Origin: an uncultured Gammaproteobacteria bacterium
GTDB taxonomy: Bacteria; Pseudomonadota; Gammaproteobacteria; JAAEPA01
NCBI GenBank assembly: GCA_963731655.1
Contig: CAVSWL010000005.1
Span: 282,926-346,925, forward strand
DNA: 64,000 bases
Direction of reading: 5' to 3'
The notes beneath the pieces were generated by a model. It worked only from the letters and a program-made list of their open reading frames with translations. It made no database searches and was not told where the DNA came from. Below are positions 40,401 to 50,560 of this stretch, piece after piece (position 1 is the stretch's first letter; every line of letters begins with the position of its first letter). The translations under genes were made by a program, and so were the position numbers.

Positions 40401-40612
40401 GGGCTATTTAGGAGTTTAAAAGGAATCCCGCAAATAACAAAATCTTACTTTCAAATCAGCTTAAAATGCTTATGTACTCCATGAATGCCTCGTTTTTATC
40501 TATTTTAAAGGATTTTTCTATCTATTAAATTTCTCTCCCTCACTTATCAGATGCGCCCTTTCTTAAGACCGGAGGCGCGGCGCTGGCCGCCAGCAGCCTA
40601 CCATTAAGTCTG

Positions 40613-41608
40613 GTGGAAATCGCCTTCGGTAAGTCGGAACCCGAGAGCTTCTCCTTTGCCTTTGTCTCAGACTCCCACATCACCCATATCCAAGGGAAGG
40701 AGTTCGTGCGCAATTGGGACCGCGGGCTGATTCGTGCCGTGGCGGAGACCAATCTGCTCGATCCGCGCCCGGACTTCATCTTCTACGGTGGCGATATAGC
40801 TCAGCTCGGCATTCCCGAGGAGATCGATCACGGGCTGGATCTGCTTAGCGCTCTACGCGGCGATGTGCATTACGTCATGGGGGAGCACGATTATTACTTC
40901 GATTTGGGCGAACACTGGCGCAAGCGGCTCGGTCCCGATCACTACAGTTTCGACCACAAGGGCGTACACTTCGTGGTGCTGAATAGCATTCTCACCTATG
41001 ACGACTGGACCTTTGACAAGTGGGACACGCCGATGCGGCGCATGAAGGAGATGGCGCGTCTGGATAACCCCCAGGGATCGCCGTTCATGGTCGGCGACAA
41101 GCAACGCGATTGGCTCCGCAAGGATCTCGCCACGGTCAGCAAGGACACGCCGATCGTGGTGATGTCGCATTCGCCGCTACAGAAGATCTACAAGGGATGG
41201 AACTTCTGGACCGAGGACGCGGGGCAGGTACAGGAACTGCTCAAACCTTTCAATAAGGCGACTGTTCTGTATGGCCACGTGCACCAGATTCAGTACAACC
41301 AGATCGGCAACATCAGCTTCAACTCCGCCATGGCCACCGCCTGGCCCTGGCCCTACCCGGCCAGTTTCACCCAGGAAGCCAGCTATCTGCCTAAGCTGAC
41401 GGTGGAAATGAACCGCGCCGATCCGTTTTTCGAACGCGACGCCACCGGCTGGCAGTTCATCAATTTGCAAACCGGCGATGCGGATGTCCACTACGTTTTA
41501 CCCGACAACCGCAATCGTATCGTTGCCTTCAATGAAAACAAAGGCTACCCGGTCGACACCTATTATCAGCCGCAGTCAGACCGCATCCCGCCGCAGCACC
41601 ACTTCTGA
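40613..41608 (+). CDS. metallophosphoesterase paralog, 5'-truncated (no start codon or complete Tat signal)
   Basis: ~97% identical to 32668-33741, but the copy begins within the signal peptide. The track ORF starts at an in-frame GTG. Confidence 0.55.
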   Translation: MEIAFGKSEPESFSFAFVSDSHITHIQGKEFVRNWDRGLIRAVAETNLLDPRPDFIFYGGDIAQLGIPEEIDHGLDLLSALRGDVHYVMGEHDYYFDLGEHWRKRLGPDHYSFDHKGVHFVVLNSILTYDDWTFDKWDTPMRRMKEMARLDNPQGSPFMVGDKQRDWLRKDLATVSKDTPIVVMSHSPLQKIYKGWNFWTEDAGQVQELLKPFNKATVLYGHVHQIQYNQIGNISFNSAMATAWPWPYPASFTQEASYLPKLTVEMNRADPFFERDATGWQFINLQTGDADVHYVLPDNRNRIVAFNENKGYPVDTYYQPQSDRIPPQHHF

Positions 41609-41629
41609 ATCGAGGCAAAGGAAACTGAC

Positions 41630-41986
41630 ATGAACATGATCGATCATCTTACACAACACCTCTTTATTATGGCAGCTTTGTTGATAGCGCTTGGTCAAGG
41701 GGCACGGGCCGACGAATTCACCGGGTCCGATCTAGAACGCTGGAAACAGGAATACATGACCGTGGTGAAAAAAGGTGAGCAGCTGTTTCACCGTGGTTTA
41801 GCAAGCAAGAACACGGTGTCCTGCGACCAGTGTCATCCAGACGCTGCCAATACACACCCGGAGACTTACCCAAAATTTCAGCAGCAGCTCGGGAAGGTGA
41901 CCGTACTAGGCGAGATGGTTAACTGGTGCATCGAGAACCCGCTGGAGTCCGACCCGCTGGCGCTAGATGAGATGATCCACGCCTGA
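41630..41986 (+). CDS. mono-haem cytochrome c paralog, C-terminus altered by a 5-bp tandem duplication
   Basis: Identical to 33763-34179 except for a GATGA duplication near the 3' end that changes the frame and truncates the last ~20 aa. Confidence 0.5.
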   Translation: MNMIDHLTQHLFIMAALLIALGQGARADEFTGSDLERWKQEYMTVVKKGEQLFHRGLASKNTVSCDQCHPDAANTHPETYPKFQQQLGKVTVLGEMVNWCIENPLESDPLALDEMIHA

Positions 41987-42102
41987 CCGCCCTACAGGCC
42001 TATATCACGGAGCAGAGGCGTAAGGTGCCGTTAGCACCGGGTACGCACTAGTACCCAAGTGCTGATCCGATGGAGTTTAATTTCGGCACGATATTTTCTT
42101 AA

Positions 42103-42297
42103 GCTCGAATCCCAGCGATCTCTTTTAGCGAGACGGATGCGTATGCCGACGGTTACCTGAGCAAGAAAGAGGTCAATGAGCATCCCGCTCTGATTGCACA
42201 TCGGGATCGCGGCGACCAGAATGGCGACAACCGGATCGACCTGACTGAATTCAGTGCCTTCAAAGCGAGCGGTTTCAGGACGTCGCCCACGCAATAA
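42103..42297 (+). pseudogene. EF-hand calcium-binding protein C-terminal fragment
   Basis: ...DAYADGYLSKKEVNEHPALIAHRDRGDQNGDNRIDLTEFSAFKAS contains a canonical EF-hand loop (DxNxDxxIxxxE). No start codon. Confidence 0.3.
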
Positions 42298-42907
42298 ATT
42301 GCTCTTGGCAATGTCCAACCGGGCGAGGGGTAGCCAGGGCAATGCGGTAGGGGGCACGAAAGTGGCAGCAGTGGATCTGGGTCTTACTAAGTTCTCGGTG
42401 GCGTTCCAGCGTTATTGGGATCGGCGGGGTAGTTCCGCCGGTCTTTTATCTCGGCGGTTGTTCGCTTGGCGCGATACGGCGCCGGTTCGCTTCCATCTTA
42501 GTAGTTCGCCTTCCACGCGTACTTTAAAACCAGCGTCCATTCTATAATCTATCTCCCATGCCGGTTTGTAGGGAGTTATGTTTCTAGCGATGAAGTACTG
42601 ACGATCAAAAATTACTACAAAATGGCACAGAAGCAGCAAGTTGATTTCTACCGCAACTTAAGTTGGATAGCTTCGGTGAATTGATTCCGGAAAAGTCTAG
42701 CGATTAGAAATCAATGCGGGGAAAAGCATCCCAAATAGGGACGGAACGCGAAGTGGCGGGCCGCAACCGTTCTTTTAGACAACTGTAGGCATATCTAACC
42801 TCTATAACGATTCATGAAAACGACAACATGAGTGGAGCAGCAAAGATAATTCGTGGTTGGTTCCTAAGAGTTGTTTTGCAACCTATTCATCAAAATATCG
42901 TCGCTAA

Positions 42908-43426
42908 TTGATGGACATATCCTTTCCTGATCTCAACTGGCAATTATATCTTTCTCACATTACCAGGCTCATCGTTGCGCTTGTTCTGGCGCTGCCCATT
43001 GGTTGGGATCGCGAACGAACAGCGCGCAGCGCGGGAATGCGCACATTCTCGCTTGTCTCGATTGCGAGTTGTGGTTATATGCTAGTAGGGCAGGCTGTGG
43101 CTGGAGACTCTCCTGAAGCGTTAGCCAGGGTTTTCTATGGATTGATGACCGGAATTGGTTTTATCGGTGGCGGTGCGATTTTAAAAGAAGAGGGTATAGT
43201 TAGAGGAACGGCGACTGCAGCTAGTATTTGGAATACCGGCGCAGTAGGTGCCGCAGTAGCCTTTAACCGTTATGAAATAGGCATAATGCTATCCTTGCTG
43301 AATTTTCTGATCATGTTAATCATGTCGCCAATCAAAGCCAAGCTTAGCAGCCGATCAAAGCCAAGTTTAGCAAATGACTCAAAAACAGCTCTCCACAAGG
43401 TGCATTCAGAAACAAGTAATCACTGA
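42908..43426 (+). CDS. MgtC/SapB family membrane protein
   Basis: MgtC-type N-terminal membrane domain with GIGFIGGGAIL. Confidence 0.8.
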   Translation: MMDISFPDLNWQLYLSHITRLIVALVLALPIGWDRERTARSAGMRTFSLVSIASCGYMLVGQAVAGDSPEALARVFYGLMTGIGFIGGGAILKEEGIVRGTATAASIWNTGAVGAAVAFNRYEIGIMLSLLNFLIMLIMSPIKAKLSSRSKPSLANDSKTALHKVHSETSNH

Positions 43427-43925
43427 GCTATTGGGTGGTTTACTCAGGGCTCTAGGCTGCACGGTTCGGAGTGGTTATTGGTGGTTTACACATGGTCATT
43501 GATCAATGTCATCGATTAATTGTTCTTCCACGAGTTTGATACTGTCTACTCGAGTTGGCATTTTGGATTTCGAGGAGAGTTCTGGAGGCCATAGCATCCA
43601 GGGTAGCTCACTGGTTCAGTTTATGGTTGCGAGGTTGGGGCGATACGTTATTACGCGGTGGTATTGCACTTGCTTGGTTATATATGCGCCCTATTTCTAG
43701 GGCAGAAGTGTAATCAACGCCGACCAGTCGCATGGATTTCAAACATTATTCAATACTTCATATTAACTTGGCCGATCATGTATTGAAGCAGGTGGCTGTG
43801 GCCGATGTAAAGGACTTCGATCGCTTCGTAACCCGGGAAACAGGTCAATGCTTCGTCGACTACCTGCTTGAACCAGAGCTAGATGCATTGTCGGTTGAGG
43901 TAGTGTACGAGAATGGCTGCAGCTC

Positions 43926-44324
43926 GTGCGGACTACAGTGAGGGTCTGGCGAAACGGCATTTCGGGAATTACGATGGAGATGAACAGTTTCGAAAGTCTC
44001 GGAGCGGATTCACGAGTTGTAGAAATACGTCCAGTGTCGGCGGACAACGAAGTGCAACGGCGCCACGCGGTACAGGCAGCTCCGACATCGGAAGCCGGGG
44101 CCGGCCCGCTGCTGCAATTGGTGGCAGCGGCGGCTTTATGCACGGCATACACGGTCAGCAACGAGCTGACACGCCGCGCCACGGACTCGCAGGCATCCAG
44201 AGCCGAAATCCGGCAGGTCTTGGCACAGATGACTTCTACCCTGGGATTTCTGGCCGTTGGCGCGTTGCCTTCGAAAAAGTTATTCGAAAGTGGCGAGTCA
44301 GAGCGTCGTAAGAGCGAAGCCTGA
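43926..44324 (+). CDS. hypothetical protein
   Basis: Protein-like ORF directly upstream of polX. The internal ATG at 43975 is an alternative start. No recognisable family. Confidence 0.25.
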   Translation: MRTTVRVWRNGISGITMEMNSFESLGADSRVVEIRPVSADNEVQRRHAVQAAPTSEAGAGPLLQLVAAAALCTAYTVSNELTRRATDSQASRAEIRQVLAQMTSTLGFLAVGALPSKKLFESGESERRKSEA

Positions 44325-44338
44325 GGCTGGGTGCCAAT

Positions 44339-45997
44339 ATGGTCATACATAACCGCCAGATCGCCAATCTATTTGCCAGACTAGCCGACCTGATGGAGTT
44401 GGATGGCGCCAATCCGTTTCGCGTCCGCTCCTACCGCCAGGCGGCACAGACCATCGCCGGCCTTTCCGATACCCTCGTCAAGCGGGTGCGAAACGGTGAA
44501 GATCTGACCGACCTGCCAAGTATCGGCAAAAGCATTGCGGAAAAGATCGCTACCATTGTGGAAACGGGGCGCTTGCCCCAGCTCGAGGAACTCGAAAAAC
44601 GGATGCCTGCGGAGCTCAGCGAGGTGATGAGGCTATCTGGCCTCGGATCCCAACGGGTAAAACTCTTGCACCAGGATCTGGGCGTCGATAGCCTGGCGGA
44701 TCTGGAGCGGGTGGTCGAGCGCCACGAGGTGCGCGAGCTTCCCGGCTTCGGCGCCAAGACCGAGCAGAGCATCGGCGAACGGCTGGCCCGCTGGGAAGGG
44801 GCTGAGCGACGCACGCCACTGCCGCAGGCGGAAGAAATCGCCCGGTCCCTGCTGGACTATCTCAAGGCTATCGACGGAATTAAGGATCTGACGATCGCAG
44901 GCAGTTATCGTCGCCGCAAGGACACCTTGGGCGACCTCGATATCCTGGTCACGGCCACGCAGGGCGCACCGGTAATGGAGCGATTCGTCGGCTACGACGA
45001 AGTGCGGGAGATTGTTACTCAAGGCCAAGCCCGTTCCACCGTGATCCTGAGCTCCGGCATGCAGGTGGATCTGCGGCGGGTGCCGCAGCTTAGCTACGGC
45101 GCGGCGCTGCATTATTTCACCGGTTCCAAGTCTCACAACATCGCGGTGCGCCGGATGGGTGTCAGGAAAGGTTTGAAGATCAACGAATACGGTGTGTTCC
45201 GAGGCGACAAGAGGGTCGGCGGACGCACCGAGGAGCAAGTCTACGAAAGCATCGACCTCCCTTATATCGAGCCGGAGCTACGCGAGAACCAAGGCGAGAT
45301 CGATGCTGCCGGTGAAGGCAAACTGCCGCATCTGGTTACGCTCGCGGACATACAAGGTGATTTGCATGCCCACACTCGGGCCAGCGATGGCTACGACAGC
45401 CTGGAGACCATGGCGGAAGGCGCCGCCAAATGTGGCTATGCTTATCTTGCCATCACCGACCATTCGCAGCATCTGACCGTGGCCCACGGCCTGGATGAAC
45501 GACGCCTTGCTGCGCAGATCAACGAAATCGATCGGCTAAATGACAAGCTGGATGGCCGCATTGAGCTGCTTAAGGCGATCGAATTGGACATCCTCGAGGA
45601 TGGCACCTTGGATCTTCCGGATACGATCCTGAAACAGCTCGACCTTCGGGTGTGCTCAGTCCATTACAAATTCGATCTACCGCGAAACAAGCAGACCGAG
45701 CGTATCCAGCGTGCCATGGAAAGCCCCTACTTCAATATCCTGGCTCATCCCACCGGACGCCTGATCGGGGAGCGTGAGGCTTATGAAGTGGATCTGGAAA
45801 AGCTCATCGAAGCAGCGGCCAAGCACGGCTGCTTTCTAGAGGTGAATGCGCAGCCAAAACGCCTGGATCTGGATCCTGCGGGGTGTCGGTTGGCCAAGGA
45901 GGCGGGCGTAAAGGTCGCCATCTCTACCGACGCGCCAGGCATGGCGCGTAGCGTTGACGGGCGCTGGCAACGGAAGGCGAAAGCCGGCGGGAAGTGA
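44339..45997 (+). CDS. polX: DNA polymerase X family protein (Pol-beta-like nucleotidyltransferase + PHP phosphoesterase)
   Basis: HhH motifs, GSYRRRKDTLGDLDILV NT-transferase motif, and a C-terminal PHP domain (DLHAHTRASDG...AITDHS). Confidence 0.85.
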   Translation: MVIHNRQIANLFARLADLMELDGANPFRVRSYRQAAQTIAGLSDTLVKRVRNGEDLTDLPSIGKSIAEKIATIVETGRLPQLEELEKRMPAELSEVMRLSGLGSQRVKLLHQDLGVDSLADLERVVERHEVRELPGFGAKTEQSIGERLARWEGAERRTPLPQAEEIARSLLDYLKAIDGIKDLTIAGSYRRRKDTLGDLDILVTATQGAPVMERFVGYDEVREIVTQGQARSTVILSSGMQVDLRRVPQLSYGAALHYFTGSKSHNIAVRRMGVRKGLKINEYGVFRGDKRVGGRTEEQVYESIDLPYIEPELRENQGEIDAAGEGKLPHLVTLADIQGDLHAHTRASDGYDSLETMAEGAAKCGYAYLAITDHSQHLTVAHGLDERRLAAQINEIDRLNDKLDGRIELLKAIELDILEDGTLDLPDTILKQLDLRVCSVHYKFDLPRNKQTERIQRAMESPYFNILAHPTGRLIGEREAYEVDLEKLIEAAAKHGCFLEVNAQPKRLDLDPAGCRLAKEAGVKVAISTDAPGMARSVDGRWQRKAKAGGK

Positions 45998-46472
45998 CTC
46001 GAGGGTGAAAGTCCTTGGAGACCTGATGACGGGAACTCTAGCCGAACAGCAAGGGTGTCCACGCGAGGTGGAATCTGAAGGAAGCTGAAGGCAAACGTCT
46101 GGCCCGAGGCACACGAACGCATGTGAGGCATCGTCTTGTGGGTGAGGAAGCGTCGGTGTGCGAAGCCGAAGTCATCCGGAACGAGGTGGTGTATATGCGG
46201 CGGGGATGGACGGAAAGTCACGCGTCTTACCTGGGAGATCTGTCCACTTGCCTTGTGCTAGAGCAACCGAGAGGTTGGTCGATGGGTGGGCAGAAGTGAG
46301 CAGACGGGATAGTAGGTGAGTGTCAGGCGAAGCTAGTGAGGCACTCCGAGACCGAAAGGTGGAGCAAACGGATAGGCCGAGCGTAACGACACTCACTGAA
46401 GGCCTGAACAAGTGAACCGGCCCGATGCCGGAACCTCGATGCGGAAGGAGACACCGTTATGACAACTGAGAT

Positions 46473-47013
46473 GTGCAACGACCCGGGAAGGAGGCGGCCG
46501 GCAGTCGCCATGAGCCCGGTGTTGGGGGTCAAGCGGCGACGGCGGCGACGGAAGCCATCGGACCACCGACCGAAGCGTTGATGGAGCAGATTCTAGACAG
46601 AGAAAACCTACGAAACGCGTTGCAGCGGGTACAGGCCAATAACGGGGCACCGGGCGTAGACGGGATGACCGTGGACGAGCTACCGGACCACCTACGGGAG
46701 CACTGGCCCGCGATCCGAGAGCAGCTACTGAATATGACCTACAGGCCATCGCCGGTGCGGGAAGTCTACGTGCCCAAACCCGGCGGTGGTCAGCGGATGC
46801 TCGGTATACCCACCGTACTGGACGGCTCATCACCCAAGCGGTTTTGCGGGTGATGAGTCCGATCTTCGAACCCGGTTTTTCAGAGCACAGCTATGGGTTT
46901 CGCCCTGGACGTAGCGCACACCAAGCGGTTGAGCAGGCGTGTGGCTATATAGCCGAGGGTTACCGATGGTTGGTCGATATTGACTTGGAAAAGTTTTTCG
47001 ACGATTCGTCATA
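46473..47013 (+). pseudogene. group II intron reverse transcriptase, N-terminal part (RT domains 0-4), frameshifted and interrupted
   Basis: ...TVDELPDHLREHWPAIREQLLNMTYRPSPVREVYVPKPGGGQRMLGIPTVLD, then a 1-nt frame change at ~46830, then RLITQAVLRVMSPIFEPGFSEHSYGFRPGRSAHQAVEQACGYIAEGYRWLVDIDLEKFFD. The gene then runs into the nested element. Confidence 0.7.
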
Positions 47014-47025
47014 ATGCCCCCTGGT

Positions 47026-49239
47026 TCATGAAGAGTGGTTAAACAAGTCGAGCTGATTATCTACTACATTGATTCTTAGTCCTTTTCTGCGGCCCAGATA
47101 AACGTGGACGGCTTTGAGTTCGCCATTCTTTACACGCTGCAACACCGTTTGGCGCGAGACCCCCAGGATTTTAGTCGCTTCCTGCATAGTCACGTAATTC
47201 TCCGGAGCCTGTTCGACAAAGCGATTGCGCAGTTCCTCGGTGATCCGGATTTGCCACGGTGCACCCGGCGTAACCTGCTCGCCGGCAACGAATCCGTCGT
47301 TCACCCATCGGTGCAGCGTCGAAGGTGCGAGGTCCAGGATCTTAGCCGCTTGTTTGATACTCACCAAATCACCTTCGGGTGACTCGATCGGTGGTTCGAA
47401 ACGGAGGATATTCCAATGTCGGCGTAAATTGCCGACGAGGTTGGCGGTGAAGCGCAATCCACGCGCCGTGGTTCGACCCTGTCTGTTCAGGATACCGGCG
47501 ATGACGGTGTCCGGATAGTGAGTGGCTAATCGGCGGAGCAGTTCGATGGTGTCTTCATCCGTGCGCACGGTGGCTGGTCGAGAACGTGGGAGGTTGACAT
47601 CGAGTTCGGTCAGCAGTCCACCGCGCCAGCGCAGGGTCAGATGCGCACGCTTTTCGTCGCGACATACCGTGATGATGACTTCCTCGAGCAGAGTACGCAG
47701 CAGTTCCTTTTGGTCGCGGCATGTTGTGGTGGGTGCACACCACACGCGTTTGAGATCGTTACCGAACGAAAGGATGGCACGCCGTTCATCGGCGCTCAGT
47801 GTTTTGGGTCGTTGGGTTTCTCGACGCTCAAGCTCGGCTTGGGCCTGTTCGAGGTGACGTAACCGTTGTTCCCATTCGGCCTCCAGGCCGCGTGCGACTA
47901 GCCTATTTTCGGGCTCTACAGATCGGTAGCGGCGTTCGGCCCGCTCGGCCTCATAGCGAGCGCGTTCGAGCGCCAAGCGCCATTGTGCCAAGGCGGCATC
48001 GTGGTTGGCTTCTATCTGCTCAGCGGCGATCAATGCGGCCTTCACACCGGCGGGCGAGAGTGCCTCAACAAAGGCCTCGGTGACAGCCTGATCGATTTGC
48101 ACACCGCCGACGTTGAGGCAATAGACGCCTCGACCCTCGACGATGTCTTTGCCTGCACAATGATAGCCTGGGGTGTGGTTTCTCCCGCGGTAATGGGTGC
48201 GCAGCCGGCGTCCGCAATGACCACAGGTTGCCAAACCTTGCAGCAAGGCCGCCCCTTCTCTCACCGCGCCGCCACCTTTGTGGGGTTGTGGGCGGGTATT
48301 ACTGGCAATACGGGTTTGATTGGCTTCATAGGTCGCCCAGTCGATATAACCTTCATGGTGTTCGTGGATGAGCACACCCCATTGCGACTGAGGGAGTTTG
48401 CGGACGCGTTTTCTCACCCGTCCGTGCTCATCGACATAGCGCTCATGTCGCGTTTTACCATAGACATAGGCTCCCGCATACACTGGGCTGCTCAGCACGC
48501 TGTGGATCGCATGATAGGTGGGTGCGACCCACTGGATGTCACGCAACTGGATCGACTGCAGAGGAAAGTCCAGACCCTCAGAACGGAACCATAACCAGAC
48601 CCGACGCACTGAGCCGAACTCTTCGAAGCGCTCAAAAACTGTGCGTATAGCGCCCGTGACCGCCTCATCGGGATGCAAGCGCACCTCACCGTCGGCTTCG
48701 CCCCAGACCAGGCCGACCGGCAGCCCTCGGCGCAGTTCCCCGCGCGTGGCTTTGTTGCGAATGCCGCCATCAAGACGGGCTCGCAGGATATGAAGCTCTG
48801 CTTCAGACATGGTCCCTTTCAACCCGAGCACGAGCCTGTCGTTGAACTGCGCCGGGTGATAGAGGCCATCGGCGTCACCAATCAGAGTATCGGTCATGGC
48901 ACACAGATCGAGCAACTGATACCAATGGGCGTTATTGCGTGCCAAGCGCGAGACCTCGAGGCCGAGAATGATCCCGACCCGTGCCAGCGCTACCTCAGCG
49001 GTCATGCGGGCGAAGCCGGTGCGCGCCGTGACGCTGGCACCGGACAGGCCCAGGTCTTCGTCAATGATCGTCACCTGCTCAGGTTGCCAACCGAGGGCGC
49101 AGGCCTTGTCGAGCAGCGCATATTGACGTTCGGTGGACTCGCGGTTGTATTCGACTTGGGTGGTGGTGGATTGGCGCACATAGACAAAGGCGGCGCGGTT
49201 TAAATGATTCGGCGTGACTTTGCTTGTTTCAGTCATCAT
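47026..49239 (-). CDS. large serine recombinase (resolvase catalytic domain, recombinase domain, zinc ribbon, coiled coil, C-terminal HTH)
   Basis: N-terminal AFVYVRQSTTTQ with catalytic Ser; zinc-ribbon cysteines CGHCGRRL...YHCAG; C-terminal MQEATKILGVSRQTVLQRV HTH. AGGAGAAAG SD before ATGATG. Confidence 0.85.
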   Translation of the reverse strand: MMTETSKVTPNHLNRAAFVYVRQSTTTQVEYNRESTERQYALLDKACALGWQPEQVTIIDEDLGLSGASVTARTGFARMTAEVALARVGIILGLEVSRLARNNAHWYQLLDLCAMTDTLIGDADGLYHPAQFNDRLVLGLKGTMSEAELHILRARLDGGIRNKATRGELRRGLPVGLVWGEADGEVRLHPDEAVTGAIRTVFERFEEFGSVRRVWLWFRSEGLDFPLQSIQLRDIQWVAPTYHAIHSVLSSPVYAGAYVYGKTRHERYVDEHGRVRKRVRKLPQSQWGVLIHEHHEGYIDWATYEANQTRIASNTRPQPHKGGGAVREGAALLQGLATCGHCGRRLRTHYRGRNHTPGYHCAGKDIVEGRGVYCLNVGGVQIDQAVTEAFVEALSPAGVKAALIAAEQIEANHDAALAQWRLALERARYEAERAERRYRSVEPENRLVARGLEAEWEQRLRHLEQAQAELERRETQRPKTLSADERRAILSFGNDLKRVWCAPTTTCRDQKELLRTLLEEVIITVCRDEKRAHLTLRWRGGLLTELDVNLPRSRPATVRTDEDTIELLRRLATHYPDTVIAGILNRQGRTTARGLRFTANLVGNLRRHWNILRFEPPIESPEGDLVSIKQAAKILDLAPSTLHRWVNDGFVAGEQVTPGAPWQIRITEELRNRFVEQAPENYVTMQEATKILGVSRQTVLQRVKNGELKAVHVYLGRRKGLRINVVDNQLDLFNHSS

Positions 49240-49453
49240 CTTTCTCCTGCCTTGGGGCTTGCGGCGTTGCCGTCTGTGCAATCAGACGAGCCAGCACGTC
49301 GACGACGGCCAGGCGTTGTTCGTCGTTCAGTTGTGTCCACACCGCTTCGTGGGGGCAGGGGATGTCCAAGAACATCAGATGTCTTTGTTGCACAGTGGCG
49401 CTCCTCTGAGTTGGTGATACGTTGTCGAAGAGCATTGACGAGAGAGCCGGCAT
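49229..49453 (-). CDS. small ORF (74 aa) whose stop overlaps the recombinase start
   Basis: Stop TGA overlaps the recombinase ATGATGA (gat gat gac tga / atg atg act). Acidic C-terminus. Could be an accessory or directionality-factor-like protein. Confidence 0.4.
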   Translation of the reverse strand: MPALSSMLFDNVSPTQRSATVQQRHLMFLDIPCPHEAVWTQLNDEQRLAVVDVLARLIAQTATPQAPRQEKDDD

Positions 49454-49711
49454 GGAGCAAGTCGGAGAGCGGGGCGAGGACTTGCTTAGGCGCCGTTCGC
49501 CTAGCCTCAGAAGGGGCGTCTTCAGCCGAGGGCCAGTCAGTCCAATCGGCCGGGATCAGTGATCGACTTTCATCTGGGAGGATCAGTAGTAGGTGGAGCT
49601 GACCTCCTCGGTGGGTTTGCCATAACGCTTGCAGCGTTTGGCCTTCTAACGGATGGCGTCTACGAGTGATAGTAACGGGTCGCGGAAAGTCTTTGAGATG
49701 GGTAGTGTGTC

Positions 49712-50560
49712 GTGTTTTCTTTCGACCGAGTCAACCACGACATGCTCGTGAGTCGGGTAGCGAGGAAAATCAAGGACAAGCGACTCCTGAAACTGATCCG
49801 ACGCTATCTGAGCGCAGGGATCATGAGCGGGGGGGTGGTCAGTGCTCGACAAACAGGGACCCCTCAGGGGTCACCGCTTTCACCGTTATTATCGAATATC
49901 CTATTGGATGACTTTGATAAAGAACTCGAACGCAGGGGCCACTGCTTCTGCCGCTACGCTGATGACGCCAATATCTACGTCAAAAGCCGGCGTGCGGGAG
50001 AACGGGTGATGGCGTCACTAACGCATTTCCTGGAAGGCCGATTGCGATTGAAGGTGAATCGAGCCAAAAGTGCCGTGGATCGGCCCTGGAACCGAGCGTT
50101 TCTGGGCTACACGGTGACGAACCACCGCTCGCCGCGATTGAAACCGGCACCGAAGTCGGTCAAAAGGGCGAAGGATCGGATACGTCAGATTACCCAGCAG
50201 GGGCGGGGTCGTAATATCCGCCAGGTCATCAAGGAGATCAATGAATTTACCCGAGGATGGGTAGGCTACTTTCGGCTTGCCAGCGTGAAAGCCGCGTTCG
50301 AGCAGTTGGATCAATGGCTACGTCGTCGACTGCGCAAAATCCTTTGGGAGCAGTGGCGTAAACCAAAGACTCGGCGTCGAAAGCTGATAGCGCTAGGGGT
50401 TGAGGCGACGCGGGCACGTAAAGCAGCGGCCACCGGTCTTGGGGCTTGGTGGAACGCAGGGGCTTCGCACATGCATGCGGCAGTGACCATTCGGCTACTG
50501 GCTCAGTGGGGACTTCTCGGTCTGCTAGATCAACTCCGCAGTTGGCAGCGGTCCACTTGA
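49712..50560 (+). CDS. group II intron reverse transcriptase, C-terminal part (RT domains 5-7 incl. YADD, plus maturase X domain)
   Basis: Resumes at FSFDRVNHDMLVSRVARKIKDKRLLKLIRRYLSAG, continues through the YADDANIY motif and the thumb/X domain. No En domain. Confidence 0.75.
   Translation: MFSFDRVNHDMLVSRVARKIKDKRLLKLIRRYLSAGIMSGGVVSARQTGTPQGSPLSPLLSNILLDDFDKELERRGHCFCRYADDANIYVKSRRAGERVMASLTHFLEGRLRLKVNRAKSAVDRPWNRAFLGYTVTNHRSPRLKPAPKSVKRAKDRIRQITQQGRGRNIRQVIKEINEFTRGWVGYFRLASVKAAFEQLDQWLRRRLRKILWEQWRKPKTRRRKLIALGVEATRARKAAATGLGAWWNAGASHMHAAVTIRLLAQWGLLGLLDQLRSWQRST

Larger units (their letters stand above)
40559..42113. repeat. segmental duplication, copy 2
   Basis: Starts inside the Tat signal-peptide coding region of the MPE gene, so the first ~8 codons are missing. 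Ends ~75 bp past the cytochrome gene. Confidence 0.8.
47003..49719. mobile_element. nested 2.7 kb element (large serine recombinase + small ORF) inserted into the intron RT gene
   Basis: The RT sequence ...KFFD | RVNHD... is split. The 7-bp TTTCGAC is present at both junctions (46996-47002 and 49720-49726). Confidence 0.5.
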
